The notes: generated by a model not told the origin, from the sequence alone. A DNA stretch of 64,000 nucleotides from Antedon mediterranea (GCF_964355755.1 NC_092670.1:30244388-30308387), one strand, 5' to 3'; shown: positions 12,801-24,459, counted from the stretch's first letter. Program-made: numbers and translations.

Positions 12801-15800
12801 TATAGAGAGTTGCTTTTGCGAACAAGGGGAAAAAGGTAGACCACAGTTTATTGAATATTTAGGAATTTTAAAGTTAGTGTATTTTGTTGGAAAGAGTTTT
12901 CTAAATCTAAATTTTGGGTCATTCCATGTCTAATAACATAAAGGCCCCAACTGACCCTCATGGATTTTGAAGACGTTTCTTTATGGATTGGCCACACAGA
13001 CAATTTTAGACCAAAAAGTCCAAGTTCAAGAAATAATATCAAAATATCAAAAAACAAAGACCATGGGATTTTCAAGGTCTGTTTTAAAAACATCCCTGAT
13101 AATATTGGTGTTTTAAAAAGAAAAAAACATTGAAATTGTGATTATGAAGTGCAAATAGTACTTAGTACAGTACTGTAGATGTTTTCCACTACAAACAAAT
13201 AAAAATAAATACAATTGTATGTATATGCACGTGGCATGTTCTAATTCTATAGGGCCCTTATTCGAGGGGGCATATATTCGAATAAATAAAGTAGTCAATA
13301 AAAACATTCACTTACCCTAACAACACTGTCCAAGTTACTTTTTGGTTGACTAATACTTGAATTTTGACATCCATTTTTAATAAGTGCTTTTGGTTTATCA
13401 CACCTTGAAAAACCACTGTCACCAAATGTCTATATATAAGAAAAATACAGTAAAGCATCATCACACAAGTTTTAATTGAATTTAAAAAAATATCTACCTC
13501 CAAATTAAAAAATAGAATATAATATAATTAGTTTTGAAAGATTATTAAAAATTTCATATAAACAAAATGTCACTTTCTGTTTGTAGCTAGGAACACCTGC
13601 AAAGATGTTGGAATGCAAGGACATTATTGCACTCTGTACACTATAAATATAGCCATAGACATGGAGGCTATTATAACCTCCATGCTATCCCTTTTAACAT
13701 ACATTGGCCCCGTTTCTGCTGCCAAAAATATACCGTATATATACGGTATATTTTATATACGGTATATTTTTCGGCAGCAGAAATGGGTCTCATAAAAAAT
13801 ATACCGTATATATATGCGGTATATATACCGCATAAATATCCCCATCGTTTGTGGATATTATACGGTATATTCCAAAATATACCGTATATTTCGTACCCCG
13901 TTTCTGCTGCACTCAAAATATACCGTATATGTGACCCGGCCCATGACACGAGGTCAAAAACTAACAGAACGTGACGCGTTTGTTTGGTTTTTCTGCTGCA
14001 TTGACACACACGTGTATAATAAGCAAGCAACAGATCAAAATATCACTGTGGACTGAAGAAATAACTATTTTTGCAATTCAATTGTGGGGAGAAGCGAAAG
14101 TTGGGGGGAGACTACATGGCAACAGAAGAGATACCGAGATTTACAAAAGTATCTCAAACAAAATAAAAGCAGAATTTATGGTAGACTTAATAACGACAAA
14201 GTTATCGGCAAACGCCGTCGTCTTCTTTGCATAAATCTAGTCAATGCCCATTCTACATTTCTAGATTGTTTGTGCGATGTAAATTCGTTGCCACTTCTGA
14301 TCATTAGATTTAAAATAGAAAGCAATGCTACGACGTTTTGAGAAACCATCATTGTTTTGTTTTTGTCATGTAACCTCACTACACGAGACTCTAGGTCAAT
14401 CCATACTTCCGTCTCACAAAATGCATTTTGGGTATATGAAAGCCAACTTTTTTTACAGCCCACCCACGAAGTATGTGCAGCGGAAACGGTGCACGAATTT
14501 CATATACGGTATATATACGGTATATTTATACGGTATATTTATACGGTATATTTGGGATTGGCAGCAGAAACAGGGCCATTCATACAGGTGTTACTACCAT
14601 CTTTGGCCCTGTTACTGCTGCCAAAGAATATACAGTACCATCAGTATATTATAAATACAGTACTTTTATAGCAGCAGAAATGGGTTTCATAAAAGAAATA
14701 CAGTATACCGTAACTTATCTCAATCATTAGTGGATATTATACGGTATATTCCAAAATACTTGCTTTCTTGCAGTATTTCTTCTGCCTTCAAAATATATCG
14801 TATATTTGTTTACTGTGACACAAAGTTTTGTTATTTATATGTGAAACAACAGCTAAAATGGCACTGCGAACCGTCAATATTTGCTATTCAAATTGTACGG
14901 CGGTACAGGGTAACAGGAGGTTGGAAGTCGAAATTTAAGTGAACAGTAAGCATAAAAAAAATGCACGAAAACAAACTTTCACCCTGGCCAATGACTGCAA
15001 ATCTGGATTTTGGGGAATCCTAAATCCATACTTCCAATGAAACGCATTTAACAGTTGTTTTTAACAGTCGTCTATATATACTGTATATACGTTATTTTTA
15101 TACCCTATATTGTGATATGCAGCAGAAACAGGGCCTTAGACACATTTACATAGAAGTTCCAAAGAGGTTATGTCTGTATGAAAAAGGTGCAAAATTTGTG
15201 TCTTTACAGAAAATGGGGAAAAATCAGTTTTAAACCAGATGTTCTAAATTCTTTTATTGATAAAGCTTTGAACAGACACCCATTTTATACAGTCTGAGAT
15301 AGCAGTGGTGGCGCCAGTGGGGTGGCTACGGGGGGGCTCTATCCCCCTCGTTGGGGAGCCTAGCCCCATCAGGGAACACGGGTACTTTTTGTCGGGGAAT
15401 ATAATATACAGTCAAAATCGTCAGAGGGCTATTATGCACTTTATATGCATTCATTATATAGTTCATTGTTTACTACTAAACAATAGCTAGCGCTTGTCTA
15501 GCGGTATCCCGGCCTTTGTACGAATCGTTCAACGTTGGGTTAAGATATAATACTATAATATTATAAATATAATAATATACTACTTGATTTTGTATACTCC
15601 GTCTGGGGAAACACGCACAAGTCACGTTGTTTGACACCAAGAATTCTTGGTGCATACGATTATCCGATTGACTAGTTTCAGCTGCATGCGATTGGCTACT
15701 CACTCGTACACCGTTTTAATATTCATATTTCAGAATTTCAAAGACTCAACAACTAAGATAGTGCGCATGCGCAATGTTACGTTTAGACAACGTGTACTTG

Positions 15801-18800
15801 GGTACATTGATGAAAGTTTCTGAAAGCTAGAAATTATTTTATATGCCTAGTAGTAGTCTGGTAAACATTTGATGGGATTTTTCCCAAGAACATGAAAACT
15901 AGTCTTGATAAGAGACCTGTTTGTGTAAATCCTATCTTGTTGTGTGCCGGTGGTGGTATGTAGGCCTACCTTATTGGCGTTTTATTTTGCAGGTCATACG
16001 TGCGAGTTGAGTAGGACCTACGAAGGAGGCCTAGGCTAAGGACTAAACAATCAATAAACAAAACAACTTGGCAACACGATTTTATATTTCAACAGTCTCG
16101 ATCGTACATTCAGCACACTGTGCGTACTCGATCTTTTTCATTTTGGAACAAAGTGATCATTGGTTGAATCGAAATCCATATTTACATACCGCCCGCCCCA
16201 TATAGCCAAATACGGTATGATAACCCACGTCATTCTTATCGGATGTTTGCGGTCTACAAATCGATTTCTATACATGTTTCACAAGTCTGTATTTTCAGAC
16301 AAAAATCGCGGTCGAAATAAAATTAAAAACAAATAAATTAAAAAAAGACAATACAGACTTGGGGCAAGTCTAGGTTAAGAGTCGTGATATCATGTTCCAT
16401 CCAGGGACCAAAATGTGTACTGTAGTTACTTTCCAGGCGACGTACGCTACACTACAGCAAAAACAAATTATGTTAATTGTTCGTATGTTCACCAATTTTT
16501 TTAATTTACCAGTAACCCTCTGTACCGTGGGGCACCTAAAATAAATATTTCATACATTACTAAACAAAAAAACATGCCATTTCGCTTAGCCAACATTGTA
16601 TTATAGCTAAGTTATTACATTTTCAATGTCCTGTATAGTATGTCATGAATTTCTCACCAGATGGTACACGCCCGCATATATTTGGGAGGTGTAAACTAAT
16701 TTCCAGACTTAAAAGGGTCTACGCTTGCAAATAAAGGCAAAACAGACCACTTTTTTAAGCCTCTAGGCCTGATGTTTCAGAAGTATAAGAGGCCCCCTGC
16801 CTAGTGATGCTCGCTTCGCTCGCATAGCCCCCTCGCAGGGGAATATAGCCCCCGCGTCGCGAAGATCCTGTGGGATAGTATAGATAAAATTAATATTAAT
16901 ACCAGGGTGTTTAAACCAATAACTGGCAGACATCATCAAATACTTCTTAAAATTTGAAAATTCCTCTTCCTTATACTAAGAAGGGACTTTAATTTCTGAG
17001 TAACATGCAGCTAGACCAAATACTGTAATAATATCTCTATGCCTGGACTCAAACCAAACCAGCAAATGTAATCATTTCTAATAAAGTGATATGTTTATTT
17101 AGATTCAAAGCAAGTGATCATGGAGACATTGTTTACGGTATGTTTCATCTGGTTTCACCAGAGAGGTCCTTCTACAGCACGTTTTCACAATTTTTAGTCT
17201 TTAGAATAGCAAATATATTACAATTTATCAAATCAAAAAGTGCATTAAAGCAATCTTTGATTGGCATTTTTATTATTTTTAAATGTTCTACCATATACAA
17301 TTACTGATCATATTACGTTTAATTGACAGGTGTCAGTCACAGTCCTTCAAATTGTACTACTAACTATGTTAAGGGCGTGTGGCGTAGTGTGTTGGACGTT
17401 GGCCTACTGATCGTGAAATTGTTGGTTTAAGTCTAATGCTCATTGCGTTGCTTGTACTCAGACAAGTCACTTAATTTTGCCTCTGTCAAACCAGGTGTAC
17501 ACATGGGTACATGGTAAGATCAAGGCACTACTATAGCTGCATCATGGTAGTCCAAAAATGACCGGGGTTAATATGTACAGCGCTTAAAAAGGCTTCACAA
17601 TATTTATTTCAACAATATTTTACAAGGGTAGCCATGGTCCATCCAGCTGCAGCTGATCATTAGGGACCCTCACAAAAATACATCATGAGAAGACATAAAC
17701 ATGTAACAATAAATTTAAATTCAAATAAATATAATTAGGCGCTTTATAAATCCAAGATATTATTATTAATATAAATATAATATTAGCATACTTTAGTTCA
17801 TTATTCACCATAAACAGTATACAATATATATGAAAAAAAGTTAAGGCGATGTAAAATTATGGAACATCAAATGGTGGATAAGAACAAAAGATTTGATATT
17901 TCCTACACACATGCTACGCAAAATGGGGACATCAACCTGAATGATGTAATTGGTGTTTACACCATAATGATACATTCACCTTTTGAAACTCTTTAACCAC
18001 CTACACAACCACACAACACAATGAGGAAGTCCGTCTGGAAATTATTATACTGTACATACTATACTGTAATATACTTCAACCTAAGTGGGTATATACTTTT
18101 CACTTTCATAGTATTTGTGTCTCATCTTTTCTTTCAATTAGTCATAGTCTGAAATTACCACAAAATATGTATGAAGCTTTAATTGACTGTAGTCATTATT
18201 TCTACCTGTCCGTGTGTAGACTTTAATGATTTTTATGTACATTATTTATTGTCATTAGTCATTAGTGAAAAAAATACATAAAAATATAGGTATTTAAATA
18301 ATATACGGTATCACCGACATAATAGTTCCCTGCTTCAGTATAACCCAACGCCCTATTATTTAGACTAAGCAAGACATACTGTAAGACTCAGACATAATAA
18401 TAATTCAATGTATTCTGAGAATAATACCACCCATAATGTTTGCCTGAATCTTGCAACTAGGCCACTTTGGACTAACTAACTAAACATTAATTAATTTAAA
18501 TAATTATTTATAAATAAAAAATGCCACTTTAGTATTAAGAACTTTTCATCAAAATTCAAGCTAATTTAGGAGGTGTGATGCACCACACCTTCTTTTGCTG
18601 ATAGGCTCTTTGCTATAATAGGCCTATCTTTCACAATGGAATGGAAATAAAATGGTTTATCAACTTACTGCATTTGAACACCAAGCACATTCTGGATTTA
18701 TTTGAATACACTCAGCACATGTTTTAGCTTGCTGACATGCATCTACAAATAAAACATATGATATTTATTATTAGTAAAAATAAATTACGGTATGTCTAGC

Positions 18801-19685
18801 TAGTAGTAACCAAGGAAAACAGGAATAAAATATATTCACTTTTATGATTTAAATGTTTTTTGTTAACAGAAAATCAAAAAAGGAATAGGAATTTATTTCA
18901 AAGTTATAAAACTTTAACAAGTGATCAAGTGGTTAAGGCTGGGCAATGCACTTGGTTCAAGACTCCTCCTCTATAATTCTGTTGGAATGTTAGAACAAAT
19001 CTTCTTGGATAAGGACTTATGTTCTGGTCTAGTGAACCATAGAGATATTATAATATCTCTATGAGTGAACACATCTGGCTTGTGTGCCCTTAAGAACCCA
19101 ACCCAGAAGAGTTAGTAGTAGGTTACTCCATCCATGGACACATGGATAATACAAATCAGTCTGACATGAAATGTGTATTTTGACAGAATACATGTTATTA
19201 AGAGTTGATTCGCAACTTTCTATAAAGAGCCGCGGTAAGAGAGCGTATTTGTTTAATTGACAGCAGAATAGAATTTGGATAATCATTTGATTTCACCACC
19301 GATGCATATACATGTGTTAATTTGTCCATACTCCATCCGAGCCCCTGTCATTGTGGACAGAAGAATAAGCGCCATCAAGTGGCTACTATTTTTGTTGTTT
19401 CCACACAAGTGTGCAATTCAGCCCAGTAACGATCTATTTAAAATAGCCAAATAATATGAGGCCCGTACACCAACCTTTTTCTATACATTGAAATTACTTC
19501 TTTTTAAAGATTCTTTAGAAACTACATAAATGTTCACATGTTGAAACAAATTTTTTTTTTGTACATTTTACATGCATACACACACATATTTTGCATTAAC
19601 AAACATAATACTTACTTTGTGCTTTTAGCAAAGACAAAATACTGACTATAATTGTAATCTGCAATAGTTTATATAGATTGCTCAT
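709..19685 (-). CDS. Integrin beta subunit gene, 5' part (13 coding exons; signal peptide, PSI, hybrid and beta-I/vWA domains); continues beyond the window start
   Basis: GT-AG exons join with consistent phases into about 424 aa containing the MIDAS motif [38 protein letters not shown] and DYPS. Confidence 0.97.
1232..1321 (-). CDS. Integrin beta exon ([30 protein letters not shown])
   Basis: DSSNI end of the beta-I domain; phase 0/0. Confidence 0.95.
1840..1958 (+). pseudogene. 5S rRNA-derived sequence (head of a SINE, not a functional 5S gene)
   Basis: TACGGCCATAC...ACCGGTTCTCGTCAGATCACCGAAGTTAAGCAACG...GGATGGGAGACC matches eukaryotic 5S; 3' part is diverged and no oligo-T terminator follows. 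Confidence 0.88.
1840..2186 (+). mobile_element. Composite 5S rRNA + tRNA-head SINE with CORE-like body and (AAATAC)n tail
   Basis: 5S head, tRNA-like segment with B-box GGTTCGAG (~2012), CORE-like CCTTAGGCAAGATGCTTTAC, AAATAC repeats, flanking direct repeat TAAACTTACG. Confidence 0.75.
2196..2291 (-). CDS. Integrin beta exon ([32 protein letters not shown])
   Basis: DYPS and IFAVT motifs. Confidence 0.97.
2378..2445 (+). mobile_element. Helentron/DINE-like 3' terminal fragment
   Basis: (GACC)n microsatellite, CATAGTGAGCTGTAGA, terminal hairpin TCGCG-TTGCA-TGCGA then AAAA. Confidence 0.45.
2549..2623 (-). CDS. Integrin beta exon ([25 protein letters not shown])
   Basis: LGGIVxPNDGxCH motif. 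Confidence 0.97.
2690..3005 (+). mobile_element. tRNA-derived SINE fragment (same family as 18920-19430)
   Basis: B-box GGTTCAAG; shares ACATCTGGCTTGTGTGC, GTCATTGT(A/G)GACAG and GTGTGCAATTCAGCCCAGT with the copy at 18920-19430. Confidence 0.6.
3125..3541 (+). mobile_element. 3' end of a non-LTR retrotransposon (CR1/L2-group like)
   Basis: ORF2 C-terminus-like [12 protein letters not shown]...IN*, AT-rich 3' UTR, AATAAA and A-rich tail. Confidence 0.6.
4049..4137. repeat. Imperfect palindrome, probably the end of a non-autonomous DNA element (~3750-4145)
   Basis: TGTGAAATGG...GGTGAAAGATGAAAAT pairs with ATTTTCATCTTTCACC...CCATTTCACA. Confidence 0.6.
4230..4313 (-). CDS. Integrin beta exon ([28 protein letters not shown])
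   Basis: IGWR and FHxAGDGK motifs. Confidence 0.97.
4370..4504. mobile_element. Small Tourist-like MITE
   Basis: Imperfect TIRs TTCCCGCTAGGA / TCCTAGTGGGAA and internal inverted AACTAATCTGACCAAT / ATTGGTTAGATT. Confidence 0.5.
5089..5175 (-). CDS. Integrin beta exon ([29 protein letters not shown])
   Basis: [10 protein letters not shown] motif. Confidence 0.97.
6101..6185 (-). CDS. Integrin beta exon ([28 protein letters not shown])
   Basis: Short specificity-determining loop PCxxC followed by PYGFKNVL. Confidence 0.96.
6407..6503 (-). CDS. Integrin beta exon ([31 protein letters not shown])
   Basis: GFGSFVDK motif; splice sites. Confidence 0.97.
7143..7274 (-). CDS. Integrin beta exon ([34 protein letters not shown])
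   Basis: Hallmark beta-I domain motif within ORF 7030..7344. Confidence 0.98.
7978..8059 (-). CDS. Integrin beta exon ([28 protein letters not shown])
   Basis: QIQPQ...L.LxPG hybrid-domain motif; splice sites. Confidence 0.93.
8405..8545 (+). mobile_element. RTE-like LINE 3' fragment
   Basis: Translates as [27 protein letters not shown], resembling the DRxxWR C-terminus of RTE ORFs. Confidence 0.4.
9869..10779. mobile_element. ~910 bp non-autonomous element flanked by 22-bp direct repeats (Crypton-like hairpin end)
   Basis: TATTATAACTAAATAGCAGTAA at 9847-9868 and 10780-10801; long inverted repeat at 9875-10012; tRNA-like segment at ~10465-10535. Confidence 0.55.
11494..11604. mobile_element. 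Tourist/PIF-Harbinger-type MITE, 111 bp
   Basis: TIR GGGTACGTTCACAC / GTGTGAATGGGCTC, TAA target duplication on both sides. Confidence 0.65.
12098..12180. repeat. Tandem repeat of ~19-21 bp, (TATTATGAACATGTTTTGG) x4
   Basis: Directly visible. Confidence 0.85.
13316..13429 (-). CDS. Integrin beta exon ([38 protein letters not shown])
   Basis: RCD...L...GC second half of the PSI domain; phase 0/0. Confidence 0.92.
13706..14577. mobile_element. Internally deleted PIF/Harbinger element with Myb/SANT-like (trihelix) gene remnant
   Basis: TIR GGCCCCGTTTCTGCTGC / GCAGCAGAAACAGGGCC, 3-bp ATT duplication, ATACCGTATAT subterminal repeats, peptide [39 protein letters not shown]. Confidence 0.75.
14605..15135. 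mobile_element. Second, more decayed copy of the same Harbinger-derived family
   Basis: Same TIRs; shares IFAIQ and AATCCATACTTCC segments with 13706-14577. Confidence 0.7.
15304..16870. mobile_element. Putative non-autonomous DNA transposon with GC-rich ends
   Basis: Starts CAGTGGTGGCGCCAGTGGGG; TAGCCCC/ATCCCCCTCG motifs recur at 15340-15370 and 16825-16855; ends GATCCTG. Boundaries uncertain. Confidence 0.35.
17373..17770 (+). mobile_element. tRNA-derived SINE with CORE/Nin-like body and L2-type tail, interrupted by an insertion (~17590-17735)
   Basis: A-box TGGCGTAGTG, GACAAGTCACTTAA, CCAGGTGTACACATGGGTAC, tail GCGCTTTATAAAT...TATTATTATT. Confidence 0.6.
18669..18742 (-). CDS. Integrin beta exon (PSI: [24 protein letters not shown])
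   Basis: PSI cysteine pattern CxxCIxxxPxCAWC; AG/GT boundaries. Confidence 0.95.
18920..19430 (+). mobile_element. tRNA-derived SINE (Meta/Deu-like central domain)
   Basis: A-box AAGTGGTTAAG, B-box GGTTCAAGACTC, CTTGGATAAGGAC, TTAAGAACCC; homologous to 2690-3005. Confidence 0.62.
19616..19685 (-). CDS. Integrin beta coding exon 1 (signal peptide [23 protein letters not shown])
   Basis: ATG at 19685-19683, hydrophobic stretch, GTAAG donor, phase 1 matches the next exon. Confidence 0.8.
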
Positions 19686-21444
19686 CTTTTACTCTTTACT
19701 CACGAAAAAAAATGTATCATCCAATGAAACACTGTAAAAAAAAGACTAATTATTAGCTTAGAGTGTCCAATTGTTTTGATTCTCAGACACACCGATGAGA
19801 CGGTTTAATACATCAATGTTCATATGAATAGTTACTCAAAATGGTTTATCATCGGGAGAAACCCTCAATGGTTCAATCAATAGACCACACCATTATACTG
19901 TGTGGTAACTTACTGATCGCTAAAATGAGCCCAATGAAAAGTGAATACATGATATTCTTACAGAGAATAATAATTGGTAGTTATTTTTACCGAATATAAA
20001 TAAAATCCTACACAAGTATTATCTGAAACGATGAAACAAATCCAACCGCATTTCTTTATGTTTTTTGAGTAATCAGGTATGTTGGATTTTACCCTGATCA
20101 TGAAGATGTCTTGTTTGATCATTTTGACCAAAAACAACTAAATTCATAATTTACTCAACATGACATCTATTTTATTAAATAAACCAGCTTTTTTTCACTT
20201 TACCAATATTGGATTGCCTAAACCTTAATACGAGCCATTTCCACAATAATAATACTCTCTATAATAATCTCCTCTCTGCTCTGTTCTGCTTGTTGGTTGG
20301 TGATCAGTGATGAACGAACGGGCCTAATAACCCCTACTAAACTACTGTAGTGTAGTAGTAGTGTACTACTTCTAAACAGTTCTAACTTAACATACACGTT
20401 AACTTACCTCTTTTTACGTATTTGGTTTGAAAATACTAACAGTATAAAACAGTTCAGTACATTAATTCAACTAATTAAGTATTGTATAATCAAGTAGGCC
20501 TAGTTACACATCAAGTTTCCGTCCAACTCTACTGCACTTCTCTCTTATCTTTGCTGACTTTCCTACTGCGTAAGTTGGTGTCAACTGTCAAAAAAATAAG
20601 TTCACTTCCATAAACGTTTGGGGGCGCCATAAATAATGTTTAGTGCATGCAGCAAGGGGAGCGTTAGGGTGAAACCATGGACAATGAACATTTGGCCAAA
20701 CTAACTACTATACATTTAATAAAGTTATTCACTTCCGTAGAATAAAAAACATGATAAAATAATATTTTCACTAAATTACAGTTTTTCTGGTAAATTATTA
20801 TTGGTTTTTTTTCGATCCATTTTTTTTGGTAAAAGTTAATAAATATTATTATGCGACTTATAAAATGGCATATTCAAAAACAAAATGTATATTAACAATA
20901 AACATATTTTTAAATCGCAATCGATTTGATGTATTTTAAATGTTTTTTTATAGTAAATTTTCTAGAAAGAGGACACCTGTATGTGATGACGCAAAATAAT
21001 AATTGCATAATCGATTGTCCAAATGACACGTATGACGTTGTTGTGCGCGGAATAAAGTTTGTGTGTACACAACCAAAACTTGAGTACAGCCAGCGCTAGC
21101 TTCGACAACACGGCGAAAAAACAACGTCTTCTCATTGTGGTGTAATAATAAAATTGCCTAAGTATCTACTAAGAAATAACAAAGTTAAGTGCTATCTCAA
21201 ATAAAGCAGTAATAATTGTAAGTTGCAAATGAAGTCATAATATCTTTTGAATAATAAAATGTTTTTTAATATTAAAGTCGGGATGATTCTAATTAATTGT
21301 GTTAATTCTCAAAGGGATTTAGGAGTTTTAATTGATAGTAAGTAAAATGTTTGTTTACATGTTAATTATGTTGTATCTAAGGCAAATAGAATACTGGGTT
21401 TGTTATGAAGGACTGTAGATTCATGGGCAATGGTGGAGTTAACA

Positions 21445-22030
21445 TCATTGTACCGTTCAGTCGTGCGCCCCCACCTGGAATACTGTTCAGTCTTCGGGTT
21501 CAGTCATTTTTAATTCAATTTCTTGTACTCAATCTCAGCGTATTTATAATGTTGTTTTCAGAACAAATTCATTAGATTCCTTACTCTCACTTGTCGTAAT
21601 TATAATGTTTCTCTTATTTCTCTTGAAAATCGTAGAGTTGTTTTTGATATGTTTTTTTTATACAACTCATTCAATTCCGTTGATGATTGTCCTATTGTTG
21701 CTTTGTTTAAGTTGAATATACCAACTCGTACTCGCAGCAAGTGTTTGCTTCACGTTCCTTGTGGTCGTGTTGAATGCACAAAACGAGGTATTTTTCAGCG
21801 GTTACCTAACACATTTAATAGGTTACTTGTTACTTGTTTGGATATTGGTTTATTGATTTATTTTGTGATAGTTTAAATGTATTTAAGGGTAAAATTGTTA
21901 AATCTGTGATCTTTGTTTATGTTTTAGTTGTTTATTTGAATACATTTTATAGTTTATGTTTAGATTCAACCTGTTAGTGGCGGTTTCATCGCTGTTGGTT
22001 GACAACTGAATAAAATTTAAAAAAAAAAAT
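21445..22030 (+). mobile_element. CR1/Jockey-group LINE 3' fragment
   Basis: VRPHLEYCSV motif, SLENRRVVFDMFFLYN, AATAAA and poly(A) at ~22009-22029. Confidence 0.75.
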
Positions 22031-23164
22031 AAAAGTAATAATATTTTGTCATTTTTGAGAAGAAAAATATGCCTAAGTGAAGATAGGCCTAGGTTGTAAG
22101 CCTCACCATAAACTAAGCCTAATCTTATTTCTTTAAATATTCGATTCTGTAAATAGTTTTATTGTACTGTATACATTTTTTTTAAAAATTAAAAATATTA
22201 AAATAGAGAACTAATATTTTCTAATAATTAGAAATAAGAGGCTCCAAAGAGGGTAATGTTTTGATATGTAACTATGGAGATTTAAATCGACCTTACCTGT
22301 TTAATTGTTTCCGGAACACAGCATTTGTTGGATACGGAGTCGAGGCTAGGCTATCCTATAAGTCCCTCTTGTAAATAAACATCAAATCTCAAATAGGGCG
22401 AAAATGTTAGAGGGTGGTTGGACCATGCCTGTTCGATACATTCGATACATTTTAATATTAATTGAAATTATTTTCAGGAAATAATAAGGTGAATCAGAAG
22501 TAGAACATATAGAAAGAGTAGCAGAAAGAGAATTAGTAGTATAATATGTAGAGAACTTAATAGAAATGGCAGCAGTAGCAGAAGCAGTAGTAACAGTTAA
22601 ATCCCATGCATACACTAGATAGATTTCACACAATTATCAAAACATACTCAAAGTTACCGAATAGTGTTTACTATGCAATCTACCCACTAATTATTAATTT
22701 ATTGATCAGCTTATTAACATATAAATGATGTATTTCAGTTTGGATATAATAAAACAATCTTATTTTTTTATATCAAACTGTGAATCCGGCACTGATGTTT
22801 AAAATAGTCGCAGGAGGAATATAAGCCCTCTTTGATATGATATGATATGATTCAATTCAGAAGACATTTATTTTCCTCCATAGCAATACAATACAAAATA
22901 AAATACAGAAATGATAAGGTTTTAGTAAAAATGATAAAGAAGATTGTTGGATAGGCCTATACAAAAGAAAAGAGAATTTTAGAAAATTGGCCATGGAAGA
23001 AGGCATAATCCCGAGAAGATGTGGAAATCTTGTTCTGGGTATGCCTCATGCAAATATAATGGATATTTGTATAAGAATGGAAATTAAGAGAAACAAGCAT
23101 GACAAAAAACGCAATGATACCAAGATAGTGAAGCTTTAGCTTTGTTGTAGTGTATATATGTAAC

Positions 23165-23960
23165 TTGATGGTAGTGGAGCTGTATAGCTTGATGGTAGTG
23201 GAGCTGTATAGCTTGATGGTAGTGGAGCTGTATAGCTTGATAGTGGAGCTGTATAGCTTGATGGTAGTGGAGCTGTATAGCTTGATGGTAGTGGAGCTGT
23301 ATAGCTTGATGGTAGTGGAGCTGTATAGCTTGATGGTAGTGGAGCTGTATAGCTTGATGGTAGTGGAGCTGTATAGCTTGATGGTAGTGGAGCTGTATAG
23401 CTTGTTGGTAGTTCAGCTGTAGATTGGTGGTAGTGGTGCTGTAGCTTATTGGCAGTGGAACTACTGTGTGTTGTGGTAGTGGAGCTGTATGTTGGTTGTA
23501 GTAGAGCTGTAGATTGGTGGTAGTTGAGCTGTAGATTGGTGGTAGTGGAGCTGTAGATTTGTGGTAGTGGAGCTAGGTTGGTTGTAGTGGAGCTGTAGAT
23601 TGGTGGTAGTGGAGCTGTAGCTTATTGGCAGTGGAGCTGTAGCTTAGTGGCAGTGGAACTGCAGTAGCTTTGTGGTAGTGGAGCTAGGTTGGTTGTAGTG
23701 GATCTGTAGATTGGTGGTAGTGGAGCTGTAGATTTGTGGTATTGGAGCTAGGTTGGTTGTAGTGGAGCTGTAGATTGGTGGTAGTGGAGCTGTAGCTTAT
23801 TGGCAGTGGAGCTGTAGCTTATTGGCAGTGGAACTGCAGTAGCTTTGTGGTAGTGCAGCTAGGTTGATTTTAGTGGAGCTGTATGTTGGTTTTAGTGGAG
23901 CTATAGATTGGTGGTAGTGGAGCTGTACCTTAGATGTAGTAAAGCTGTAGCTTGCTGGTA
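23165..23960 (+). repeat. Minisatellite, 24-bp unit ATGGTAGTGGAGCTGTATAGCTTG grading into ~22-bp variants
   Basis: Directly visible; produces the spurious (MVVELYSL)n ORF. Confidence 0.95.
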
Positions 23961-24090
23961 GTGGTCTTGGTGGCATACCTTTCAATTTCTAGGTCAAGAG
24001 TTCAATCTTGACCTACTAGTGCCAGGGTTTTAACTCACCACCCTTTAACTCCACTACGCCTCAAATGAGACGATAAACACGATACATTAT
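23940..24090 (+). mobile_element. Decayed tRNA-SINE head contiguous with the minisatellite
   Basis: B-box-like GGTCAAGAGTTCAATCTTGACC hairpin and Meta-like CCTCAAATGAGACGATAAAC. Confidence 0.45.
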
Positions 24091-24459
24091 CTAAAGTTTA
24101 TCAATCCTGTAATTGGTGAATTTCTCGCTGTTGAATGCGTATGAACATTAACAACAAAAAACATTCCTATCTACATGTCAATACATTTGCAAAGGCTTGT
24201 AATCACTTTTAAGATTACCTCATTCCAGAAACATTAAGAAGACACTTTGGATGGGTAATTATAATCGGTTCACTGTGCGTGTAATCTGATCAAATAAATG
24301 ATTGATAGTTTTAACTATTGTATTTTAAAAAAAAATACAAATTAACTAGAAAAGTAATATTCAAATATAATTTTATTTAGCCAAACTTTTTATAATAGTT
24401 AGAAAGCAACTAATTACTTAGCAATTAAAAACAATTCGGAATACGGCAATCAGTCGAAG

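Noticed and set aside
23150-23422. (MVVELYSL)n ORF
   Set aside because: Translation of a 24-bp minisatellite.
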